DNA of 64,000 nt, from positions 128,001 to 192,000 of the forward strand of contig CAVRBU010000001.1 in the NCBI GenBank assembly GCA_963719315.1, read 5' to 3'. Positions 1-9,700 of the stretch are shown one piece after another (the stretch's first letter is position 1; each line of letters begins with the position of its first letter). The position numbers were made by a program, and so were the translations under genes. The notes under the pieces were generated by a model. The model worked only from the letters and a program-made list of their open reading frames with translations, had not been told where the DNA came from and ran no database searches. The DNA comes from an uncultured Planctomycetota bacterium (GTDB taxonomy: Bacteria > Planctomycetota > Planctomycetia > Pirellulales > Lacipirellulaceae).

Positions 1-1212
1 GCACTCTTTCTCACGGGCCGACGATCCGGTAAGTCTAGAATCGCGGCAGTCATTGGTGCTTACTCCGCAGCTCTCGCAGGTCTGGAAAAGAATCTGGCCG
101 CGGGTGAACCCGGACTCGTCGTGATCGTTTCACCGTCTAAAAGACAAAGGCACGTGGTGAAGGATTACTTGCGGGCCATTTTCGATGCTCCGATGCTCGC
201 CCAGGAACTTGTGACCGACAGAAGGCACGAAGGTTTTGAGTTGACCTCTGGCACTCGCGTGGACATGCTCGCTGGTGACTATCGCCACGTCAGGGGATTC
301 TCACTCTTAGCTTGCGTCTGCGAAGAAGTGTGTTTTTTTGGTCTCGATGAAATGACGCGAGTCCGTAGTGACACCGAATTAATCCGTGCACTCAAGCCGT
401 CTTTGGCAACCACGAATGGCAGATTGATTTGCATTTCGTCACCGTATGCAAGACGAGGTTGGGCTTACCAGCAATACAGCAAACACTGGGGCAATGATAA
501 CTCCGATACGTTGGTTTGGAACGCACCGAGTCGCACGATGAACACGACACTCCGGCAGAGCGTGATTGATGCAGCGATAGCTGAAGATTTGAGTGCAGCG
601 AAGTCAGAATATATGGGAGAATTCCGTGATGATGTCTGTCTCTTTATGCCACCAGAGATGATAGATCGTCTAGTCGTTCGTGGACGCATTGAGAACCAGT
701 ACGATCCCACGAAAAAGATAGAAGGCATTCGCTGATCTGTCTGGAGGTAGAAACGATGCGGCTGCACTTGCAATCGCCCACCGCGAAGGACGCAAGACGG
801 TTCTCGATTGCATCCGTCATTATCCAAGTCCGCACAACCCGCATCCCGTAATCGCGGAGATGTGTCGCGAGTTGCCGCGATGGGGAATCAATCGCATTAC
901 AGCCGATGCCTACGCTGCGGACTTCGCTGTCGGAGCTTTCCAAAACCACGGGGTGAAGTACACCAAAGCCGAGAAAAACAAGTCGGGTTTTACGCGGAAT
1001 TGCTGCCAGTCATCTGTGCGGGTGAACTCGAATTGTTGGACCACCCCAGGCTGATTAAGCAATTGAGCACACTCGAACGTAGAACACGATCAGGCGGTAA
1101 GGACGTGATAGATCACCCTGTCAATCAGCATGATGACTTGGCGAATGCCTTAGCAGGTGTTGTAGTGCTCTCAGCAACGAAGAAAAAGAAAGTCGGGGCC
1201 GGAGGGTTCTGA
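1..1212 (+). CDS. Phage terminase large subunit, 5'-partial, two apparent frameshifts (~722, ~988)
   Basis: Frame 1 is open from base 1: LTGRRSGKS (Walker A), ACVCEE (Walker B), ISSP coupling motif. After a shift: [11 protein letters not shown] and ITADAY. After a second shift: HDDLANA, the RNase H-like nuclease acidic motifs. Confidence 0.85.
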
Positions 1213-1230
1213 CTCGAAAGGAAAACCAAA

Positions 1231-1734
1231 ATGAATCTCAAGCTACAGCAGGAATGGAACGAAGAATTGACATTCACCGATCCAGAGAGGCAAGCCTTTT
1301 ACGAAACTCATGGAGATTTTGTAGTCGCTGATGACCACGAAGTGTTGTTTGAAGACGGAGCCGTGGAGGAAGGTTGTGTTGGTGGTCAGAGACAGCCGCC
1401 ACCTAAAGACGCCTTTGAGCGTGCGAAGAAGATTCATCGTTATTTCGAGTTCAAAGCGGACCATGCACTTGAGCAATTCAAAGATTTTAAAGCATACCTT
1501 TCCGGTAACGGTTCTTGTCCTGCTTTCATCGCCAACAAAAGCGACGAAAAGAAACTTGCGTACCTGAAGAAATTGCGTCTTGCTGCGAAAAAGGCAACGG
1601 CTGGTCTTCGTGAAGCCATTCAAGAGGTCGAAGACGAGACACCAGCATGGATCGTTGCGAGAGAACGGGAGCGGGCAGAAGACGAACGAAGAAAACAGAA
1701 TTTCAGAAACAAAGTCGATTCCATCAGATTGTAA
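1231..1734 (+). CDS. Hypothetical protein of the element, charged and helical
   Basis: 167-aa ORF with RBS GAAAGGA, 18 nt after the terminase stop; no family recognised. Confidence 0.75.
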   Translation: MNLKLQQEWNEELTFTDPERQAFYETHGDFVVADDHEVLFEDGAVEEGCVGGQRQPPPKDAFERAKKIHRYFEFKADHALEQFKDFKAYLSGNGSCPAFIANKSDEKKLAYLKKLRLAAKKATAGLREAIQEVEDETPAWIVARERERAEDERRKQNFRNKVDSIRL

Positions 1735-1757
1735 CCACCAACCTTTAGGAGAAGATC

Positions 1758-2057
1758 ATGATAACAGTAAACATTCACCCGAAGACCGCACCGAATCCAA
1801 AGTGTTGTTCCGATCCGAGTGTGCTTTGTGCCAATTGTGCGTCTGAAGTTCTCTCCAACCAATTCCGCAGACGACGCAAACGTAGGGCGATACTGGCCGC
1901 ACAACAGCACGAAGAGGTTGCGTTGGGTTTGCCGGACTGGGATTTCAGCGACAAGACCGAAAAGCATGTTGTGCAGACGGAAAAAGAACGAAGACAAACC
2001 GTTAGACACATTCACGGAGAGAGACCCTTGGCCATTCCCGAACTCGACTACGGTTAG
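1758..2057 (+). CDS. Small hypothetical protein with a Cys cluster
   Basis: 99-aa ORF with RBS AGGAG; CC-x6-CxxC motif; two similar motifs LGLPDWDF and LAIPELDY. Confidence 0.7.
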   Translation: MITVNIHPKTAPNPKCCSDPSVLCANCASEVLSNQFRRRRKRRAILAAQQHEEVALGLPDWDFSDKTEKHVVQTEKERRQTVRHIHGERPLAIPELDYG

Positions 2058-2070
2058 CGGTAAAGTCGTC

Positions 2071-2448
2071 GCCCAGACTGTGCACGAGGGTTTGGGCTTG
2101 ATGCTCGCGGCCGCAGTTCGTGGGTTTACTTCATAGCACGAACTGCGGCCCGCTCGATTACTTGGATCTGTGAAGTGCCGGTGTGGTGGGACTGTTCTTC
2201 ATAGTCTCGCAGTCCTGCCACCCGGCTTTTGAAAAGACAAAGATCGTTCTCCTTTGGGGGCCGGCTGCCGTGGTTTTCCATCAGTGTGACGCGGCAGTCG
2301 GTTTTAGAAAGTCCGTGAAGTGCTGGGAGTGGCGGCGGTGGTTTCATATCCTTAACCGCTGCCGCACCCCCCGGCCATTGAGTTCTACGGGAGCCAGCCT
2401 GACAGCGGTGGAGTTTTTCACCTGCTTCGCCCTGTCGGCTGTTTTTTT
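2071..2448 (+). ncRNA. Candidate multi-hairpin structured RNA: five long stems with UUCAU-like loops
   Basis: Stems at 2109-2150 (perfect 14 bp), 2177-2226, 2261-2301, 2325-2369 and 2395-2441, plus small ones at 2071-2097 and 2238-2256. G-U pairs work only on the + strand. Ends in T7. Confidence 0.65.
2395..2448 (+). terminator. Intrinsic terminator (last hairpin of the array)
   Basis: CAGCC-T-GACAG-C-GGTGGAG pairs with CTTCGCC-CTGTC-GGCTG, followed by TTTTTTT at 2442-2448. Confidence 0.7.
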
Positions 2449-2827
2449 CATCCGCCGATTTCCTGATCGCTGGCGTGGGACGATGTTAGGTTGGGTGGTT
2501 TTGCAAGTGGCTGTTTTTAGCCATGCCGTCCAAGGGGTGGCAACGATGGTCGATCCGAGCCAGCGAACGCGGCAAATGACCACTGGGGGGCCGCTATGGC
2601 GTGCTGAATCGGCAAGCGAGCCAAGCCGGAGCCAACGATCAATCGAACATGGGCAAGTTGTTAAGCAAAAAGAAAATGCAACCACTTGAATCGTCGCGGA
2701 TACAATGCTCGCGGCGGCAACGATTCGCAGCGTAATTAACTGTATCGGGCCATTCAATCCCTGACCGGATTGGCTGCCGCCATTTTTCTTACATCGTGTT
2801 TGGTCAGGGTGAAAGGTCAGGGCTTCT

Positions 2828-4555
2828 ATGGCGAAAAAAGACGCTAAGCCGATTCGCTTCGCGGCATGGATTCGCGTCTCAGACAAAAAGCAAGAGAAGC
2901 ACGGCGAGTCGCTTAACACGCAACGGGCAGATAATCGTGCCGACGTGGGGCGTCTAAAGGGCAAGATCGTGGAGTGGTATGGGGGCCAAGAGCACGGCAC
3001 TCCCGGCTTTGAGAAGAAAGAGTTTGATCGCCTTTTGGCGGATGCCAGGAAAGGCAAGTGGGATGCGGTGATCTTGAACCACGCCGACCGCTGGAGTCGC
3101 GACAATGAAAAGTCGAAGGAAGGACTCCGCGTGCTTCGAGATCAGAATATCAAGTTTTTTGTGCGGACCTTTGAGCAAGACCTGAACAATCCGACCGTTC
3201 GACTCTACTTGGGCATGTCCGCCGAGATCGGCGAGTATCAAGCGGCCACACAATCTCAGAAGTCGCTGGTCAATCGTCTCAATCGAGCCAAAGAGCATGG
3301 CGTTCCTACGGCCGGCGGACCAATGCCATACGCTCGGTCTTTTAACAAGGTAACAAAACAATGGGAACTCGATGAAAACAAGCGAGCACTCATTGAAGAT
3401 GCGGCCCGCCGCTATCTCGCAGGCGGTTCAATCAAAAAGATTGCGGCCGAAATTGGCATGGAGCATACGCGACTGCACCGAATTCTTACAAAAGGCAGCG
3501 GTGACAAGTGGGAGATTCGCTTTCACTCCAAAGACCTCAACATCGACGAAACGGTCCTATTCACAATTCCGCGATTGCTGTCGGACGAGACCATACGACG
3601 GATTCATAAACAGGTCGCTTCCAACAAGACTTTCACCCACGGACAACCTAAGCACAAATACTTACTCGGTCGCATGGTGTTTTGTCACCACTGCGGAGTT
3701 CCGTTGACCGGGCAGACCCGCCAAAGCGGCAACCGTTACTACCGCCACGCGAAGCCTACGGCCACTAAGCCGTGTGTCTGTGGGTCTGGCGGCGTTGATG
3801 GGAAACTGCTTGAGGAGAATGTGATTCGCCAGCTTTTCGATATCTTTGGGAACCCGCTCGCGGTTGAGCGTGCGATTCGAGACGCCACCCCCGATCTTGG
3901 CAAAACGGAATTACTGCGGAATCGGCAAGCACAGATCGAAAAGGAATTGGCGAAAGTGGAGCGGGCCAAAAAGCGAATTCTAAATCTGATCGACTTGGAC
4001 ACGATCACGGACGAGGACGCCACGCTGAAACTGACGGAATTAAAGCTAAGAGCAGAAGGATTCAAGGACGAGCTATCGGAGATCGAAGATAATCTCTCGA
4101 AGTTTCGTTCCCCGGAAGCGATCAAAGCAGTTTCCGAAATGGTCGCTCAGTCGTTCACCGAGGCAATGTTTCCAGCCCGTCGAAATTGCCGAGGCATCGG
4201 CTTACTCGCACACGAGGGCAAGAATAAGAAAGGCCGATTGAGTGCGGCATTGTGGGCCAAGTTGGATCAAGCCGACGAAAGTCACCACGAAATGACTTGG
4301 GATGAAAAGCGGTCCTTGATGCAAAAAGTGCTTGGTGGCCTTACACCAAGAGGCAAGCGGATGGGCGTTTACATCGAGTGGGTTAGCGGCGAGGATGGCC
4401 AGCCGCCAAAATGGCGATACTCGATCCGTGGGCAAATTACGCAGCCTCTTCTGTGGCCCCAATCGAAAGAGCGACCGCAAAACGCTCACGAAGATGCCGT
4501 AAACAAAATTGGATTCGCGTTATCGCTTCCCAGCACGCCTGGCTCGGGCGGGTGA
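2828..4555 (+). CDS. Large serine recombinase (integrase)
   Basis: Catalytic WIRVS and DRWSRD motifs, recombinase domain, LLGRMVFCHHCG...RYYRH...CVC zinc ribbon, coiled coil; 575 aa. Confidence 0.95.
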   Translation: MAKKDAKPIRFAAWIRVSDKKQEKHGESLNTQRADNRADVGRLKGKIVEWYGGQEHGTPGFEKKEFDRLLADARKGKWDAVILNHADRWSRDNEKSKEGLRVLRDQNIKFFVRTFEQDLNNPTVRLYLGMSAEIGEYQAATQSQKSLVNRLNRAKEHGVPTAGGPMPYARSFNKVTKQWELDENKRALIEDAARRYLAGGSIKKIAAEIGMEHTRLHRILTKGSGDKWEIRFHSKDLNIDETVLFTIPRLLSDETIRRIHKQVASNKTFTHGQPKHKYLLGRMVFCHHCGVPLTGQTRQSGNRYYRHAKPTATKPCVCGSGGVDGKLLEENVIRQLFDIFGNPLAVERAIRDATPDLGKTELLRNRQAQIEKELAKVERAKKRILNLIDLDTITDEDATLKLTELKLRAEGFKDELSEIEDNLSKFRSPEAIKAVSEMVAQSFTEAMFPARRNCRGIGLLAHEGKNKKGRLSAALWAKLDQADESHHEMTWDEKRSLMQKVLGGLTPRGKRMGVYIEWVSGEDGQPPKWRYSIRGQITQPLLWPQSKERPQNAHEDAVNKIGFALSLPSTPGSGG

Positions 4556-6756
4556 AACACGCGAATCGAAACGTCCGAACCAACTTGCAGCCGATCGCCC
4601 GACCAGATTTCGCGGATCGGCACGCCGGCTCTCTCGATCTCCTTATGCAGCAACTTTACGCCGTCCGTCGCGCCCGAGTCACCGAACCCCGCGAACATGA
4701 CGGGCGAAACATACACGGTACCGACCCGAAATCGCTCCAACAGCCCGGGGACGGCGTTGTAGTGGTCGGAGTCTGCGTGCGAAATCACGATTCCATCGAT
4801 TCGCAGGATGCCGCGGTGCCACAAGTAGGAAGCGATCGTTTGCGTGGCATACTCCGGCGAGCCGATCGCCCCGGCGTCGTAGAGCAGTGTTTTGCCATCG
4901 GGGCTTTGCATCACGGCGCACGCCCCATGCCCAACGGCGACGAACGAACAATCGAGCCCGCTACGCGTCCAGGTTCTCGACAGCGGCGGCGCGAGACCGA
5001 CCAGAATCCACACCGCAAGAGCCGCCACTTGCCAGCGCGGCGCAAGGAGCGTCCGGCCTTTCACCATCACCACAAGCAACCCGAGATAAAACACCGCAAC
5101 CCACCACCACGCTGGACCTGGCGCCCAAAAATGACCGGCGGGCACGGCATCGGCCCACGAAACTACACGCTCCAACCACGCCAGCGACCCGTTGCAAACC
5201 CAACCGCACAACACACCGAACGGCGGAATCAGCCCGCCGATGGCCACCATCAAGAAGCCACTCCACATCGACACGAAGACAATCAGCGAAACCGCCGGGC
5301 TGATTACGACGGCAATCGGCGAAGCGATGTGAAACTGGCTGAGCACCAGCGGCAGCGTCGTAAGCCACACGACGGCCGACATCAACAGCAGCAACATCGT
5401 GGCGCCAGCACACCAGTCGAAAGCGCGGCGATACCAGGGCCACGTCTCCCTTTCCAATTCTTCGATCGGAGTCATCGGCCGCCGTATCGGCCACCAGGTC
5501 CACCCGCCGATCCATACCAATGCCGCGACGGCCAGAAAACTCAATTGCGGCCCCGGCCGAAACAGATCGCTCGGTTTGAGCGCCAACACGAACAGCGCCG
5601 CCAGGAACAGCGAATTGAACGCCACGCCGCGGCGACCGGTCCAGGCGGCGACGCAAAACAGCACGCCTAGCACCGCGGCCCGCACCACCGGCGGTTGTGC
5701 CTCGGCAAGTAGCGCATACCCGACCACAACCGCCACGATCACGCTCAACCCAACCCGCCGCGGCAGCCAGCCGACCCGCATCAAGGCAATTAGCCCGGCG
5801 GCCAGGATTGCCACGTTCATACCCGAAACCACGAGCACATGGATCGTCCCCGTTTCGAGATATTGCTCCGTTTCTTCAAAAGGAAGTCCTTCGCGAGCGC
5901 CCAACAGAATCGCGGCCGCCAGACCGGCACGTTGGCGACCGATCATCGTTCGCACGTATTGTTTGGCACGCGCGCGAACTTCGTCCAACCAATACCCTGG
6001 CGTCCACGCGCTGCCGGCCGCCAATCGCACCACGCTCTCCGGCGCCGAACTGCGGAGCCGCGCCAACTGCCCATCGGCACGGGCGTGCGCCGCGAAATCA
6101 AACTCGCCAGGATTGAGCGGCGGCGCGGGCCGAGCGAGTTGACCGTACACGCGCAGCGTGTCGCCTCGGTGCACACCCAACAAATGCCCATTCACCGCGA
6201 GTTGACAAACACCGCTCGCGGGGCGCCACTCCCGGCCATCGCGGATTTCCTTCACTTCAACCAGCAGCCGGCTGCGTTCGGTGACCGGAATCGCGCGGAG
6301 CGGCGTCGGCGGCGGCGCCGAGACGCGCTCGGGCGACTGGCAAGCCACCGCCTCGATGCAGGCCGGCGCCGGCTGATAGGCGGCGTACCGGCTAATCTCT
6401 TCTTTGGCAAAGAGAAACCAGTTCAGATGATGCCACGCGGTTCCCACCAGCGCCGCCGACGCCAACAACAGCCCCGCGGCAATCGCTTCCCGTCCCCGCC
6501 GCCACGCCAACCACCAAATCGCCAGGAAGCAGGCACATAAACTCCAAGACACGACAAACCATCCGGCGCTTCCCAACCAACCGAGAGTACTGGGAAGATC
6601 TGCAGTCAGGATATAGCGATCGAACGCCATTCCGACCGCTACGGCTGCGAACGCGAGGACGAGCGGTTGATAACGTGCGCGGGAGCGGACGCCGTTTTCG
6701 ACTCCGGCCGTCTCAGCGGGAGAATCGCCGTTCGCTTTCGTGCAGACTCCGTCCAT
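4486..6756 (-). pseudogene. comEC: ComEC/Rec2 DNA uptake channel, C-terminally interrupted by the element
   Basis: NPGEFDF, GTIHVLVVSGMNV, PPVVRA and QLSF competence-domain motifs; metallo-beta-lactamase domain begins (VGHG, LYDAG, SHADSDH) but ends at DNAN before the GD and HH motifs. Confidence 0.92.
4495..4530. other. Inferred attachment junction between the element and comEC
   Basis: On the minus strand comEC reads GSDNAN and then a non-homologous PILFTASS-stop; base composition changes here. Confidence 0.7.
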
Positions 6757-6764
6757 GCGACGGA

Positions 6765-9700
6765 TTATACAACGCCGGCAGCAGCCAATGTAAACTCTTT
6801 CAGCGATTCGAAGACGGCATCCACCGAATTCAAATCATCGCCCTCAGCGTCGCTTGCAATTCGCAGGCCCATCGCTGCATCGTTGTTCGCACGACCTTCG
6901 TTTTTCGACGACGATAGCCATGCCAACAGTCCCGCGTCGTGGTGCGAGCCGCCATTCAACGCTGGCCGACCGAAATGTCGATCGCGCCCGCGGATTCTGC
7001 TATTACCGGTTGAGTAGGAGTCGAACGATCTCAGGGCAGCGTTTTCCGGCCTGGCCGCTTGGCCAACGGTACTCGCGGAAACGCTTGCTGTCGGGGCCGC
7101 AACTAGTTCACCATCGGCCACGTTCGATGTCGCCAGGGCAATCCCCGCGGCGGCAGGACTAGCGTCCGGAGCCGGCGCGGGTTGGGGCGCCTCGGCCAAT
7201 TCCTGTCCGCTGCCACTGCCGTTCGTCTCGCCATAATGCTGGCGCCAAACAAGCAAGTCTCCCGGGCCAACAACGCCGTCTCCATCCCCATCCGCGCCTG
7301 TGAATTGTGGAACCGTTTGGCCAACCGTCCGGCGATACATCACGTAATCGCCCGCGTCGACGACGTTGTCGTGGTTGTAGTCGCCCAGCAACATCTGCGA
7401 ATGATTGCCGAAATCGACGTTCTTCACATTCCGGTGGCTGTCGGGCGGTGTATCGTTGGGATCATCCTGGGCGGCAACCGTGACCGTCCATTGCGAATTC
7501 GCGTATTCGGCAGCCGGGATACTTGCGACCTGCGGGGGCACTTGCGTCCAGCCCGGTTTCTGTTCTTCGCGAATGACGTACTGGCCCGCCGGCAGATCGG
7601 GGAACGCGTAGTTCCCATCCGCGTCGGTCGTTAGATACACTTCGCCTGACTTGATCTCCAGCGACCAGCTATTGAGAGTGCCCTGATCGGCGAACGCATT
7701 GTCCCGTATCAGCAGCGTCCATAGCCCAGTCGCACTCTCGCCGATGAAATCGCTCAGCAAGCCCTCAGGCTTCCAAGTGCCCGTAAATGGCAAATCGTTG
7801 ACGCCAATTGTTGCGATCGACCGCGTCGCAGCGTCGTCTAACGTCAGATTATGCAGGTCGTTATATTGACCGCCGACCGCCGTGAACAGTTCGACCTGCC
7901 TCCCCGACGGGCTGATAAGAAAGGCGTCCAGGTCTCCCACAAAGCTGTGGGTCACATCGAGCGTCACGCGAACACTGAACACCGTGCCCAGTTCGTTGAA
8001 CGACACGCTCGACGTAGTCGTCGAAAAATCGGTAATCGGCTGGGGCAAGCCGGTTGCGTTGATCGTCACCGGGTCGGAGCCAAGATCTCGAGTTCCGTCG
8101 TTATCCGAATCGATGTACACGATCCAATTCGACAACCCGGGTTCGTTGCCATCGTTAACCCCATCGCTATTGAAATCGTTGAATTTTTGACCCGCGATCG
8201 AACCATGCTGCGTCGTGGGAATCCAATTTCCGAAGTCGATACCCAGGATATCGGCTCCCGACCTCACCGTGACCGGGCTGGGCGCGAAGCTCTGGCGCCA
8301 ACCATCGGCCGCCTGCTGCTCGGAGATGTCTTCGCGAATGAAGTATTGCCCAGCCGGCAGATCGGTGAACGCATAGTTGCCGTCGGCATCGGTGATCTGG
8401 AAAGGCTCTAGAAACACACCTTGCAATTTGACCGTGATCGACCAACTGTTCAAAACACCTTCGTCACCCGTCGCGTCATCGGTGATCTCGAGGTTCCAGA
8501 CGCCGACGGCATCCTCCCCGTTCAAGACGCTCAGCGGCTCGATCGGCCGGTACCGGCCGGTGAAGGGCGCCGCACCGCTCAAGATCCCGGTCGGCGCCGC
8601 ATCGTCGAACACCGTGGCGGTGAAGTTGTCGCCTTCCGGATCCTGCGGGGTCGCATTTTGAACCAGCTTCACGCGCGTCCCCGACGGACTGACCAAGTAC
8701 ACTTTCACATCGGAGTCGTATGTATGCGTGATATCGAGCATGACATCGATATCGGCGATCGTTCCGACTTCTTCGAACGACAATTCGCTTTTGACAGTTG
8801 TGTAATCGTGAATCGCTTGCGGAATATCAGGCGAGGCGACGGTTAGGTCTTGATCGCTCGTGGAATTGAGAATTCCGTCGTTGTTCACATCGAGATAAAT
8901 GACCCAGTTCGGCAGTCCCGCTTCGCTTGCGTCGTGAACCCGATCGCCGTTGACGTCATTCCACTTTTGCCCCTGGATCGATCCGACCTTCGTCGGCGCA
9001 ATGGCCACGCCGGCGATCGCGGCGATGAATCCTGTTTCGTTGGTCACCGTAATCGTGATCTCGCCGGACGCGTCCGAGATCACGAGCAGCGAGTAGGTCG
9101 ACAAATCATTGCTGCCGGGCATGTTGCCGTTGGTGACTAAACCGTCCGCCGAGACGTTCTGCACATAGTCAAACGTTTGCAAAGTTCCGTTCCACTGGCC
9201 GCCCACGACGTGAACATCGTTTTTGGCGTCCGCGCCGGCGTGCCCGAATACGTACACCTGGTAGACCGTCGACGGCTCCAGATTTCCCCAGATAAACGAC
9301 AGCGTTTCGTCCTCCGCCGAGATGTAGCCATCCAGCCCATCGAGCGGCAGCCCATGATTCGGGATATCGGCCGGATCGATCGGGTTGGGGCTGGCAACCG
9401 TCGCGATCGGCGAAGCGCCCGTGGTTTGGATCGTCAGTTGGTAGGGCGTAACCTGCCCCGCTTCGCTGACAAGATTCTTGATCGTCTTATCCGTGTCGCC
9501 GCCGGCGTAAAGAGTCCAATTCTCAGGGCTTGATCCGTTCGCGTCGTCGAAATCAACGCCGACTACCAGATTCTTTTTCCGTGTGCCGACGATGCTGTAA
9601 TACCCCAGGCTACCGTAATTCGTGTATCCCCAGTCCGAGGTGTCGGGAGGGAGCGGCGGGTCGGGCGGATTTCCCTCCGCCTCGAACGGACCAGGGTGAA

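Larger units (their letters stand above)
1..4512. mobile_element. Right end of an integrated prophage-like or satellite element inserted in comEC; left end lies outside the window
   Basis: Terminase plus large serine recombinase, visibly lower GC than the flanking comEC region, and comEC similarity stops abruptly at about 4510-4515. Confidence 0.85.

Noticed and set aside
2071..2448. CRISPR array, tRNA cluster or integron attC array
   Set aside because: Stems are not repeats of each other, there are no cloverleaf or T-loop motifs, no RYYYAAC/GTTRRRY ends, and no cas gene or tyrosine integrase in the window.
2183..3105. ORFs 2183-2689 (+) and 2344-3105 (-) as real genes
   Set aside because: No recognisable motifs; they run across the hairpins and terminator or lie antisense to the integrase.
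4411..6540. Long + strand ORFs opposite comEC
   Set aside because: Arg/Pro-rich shadow frames typical of high-GC DNA.
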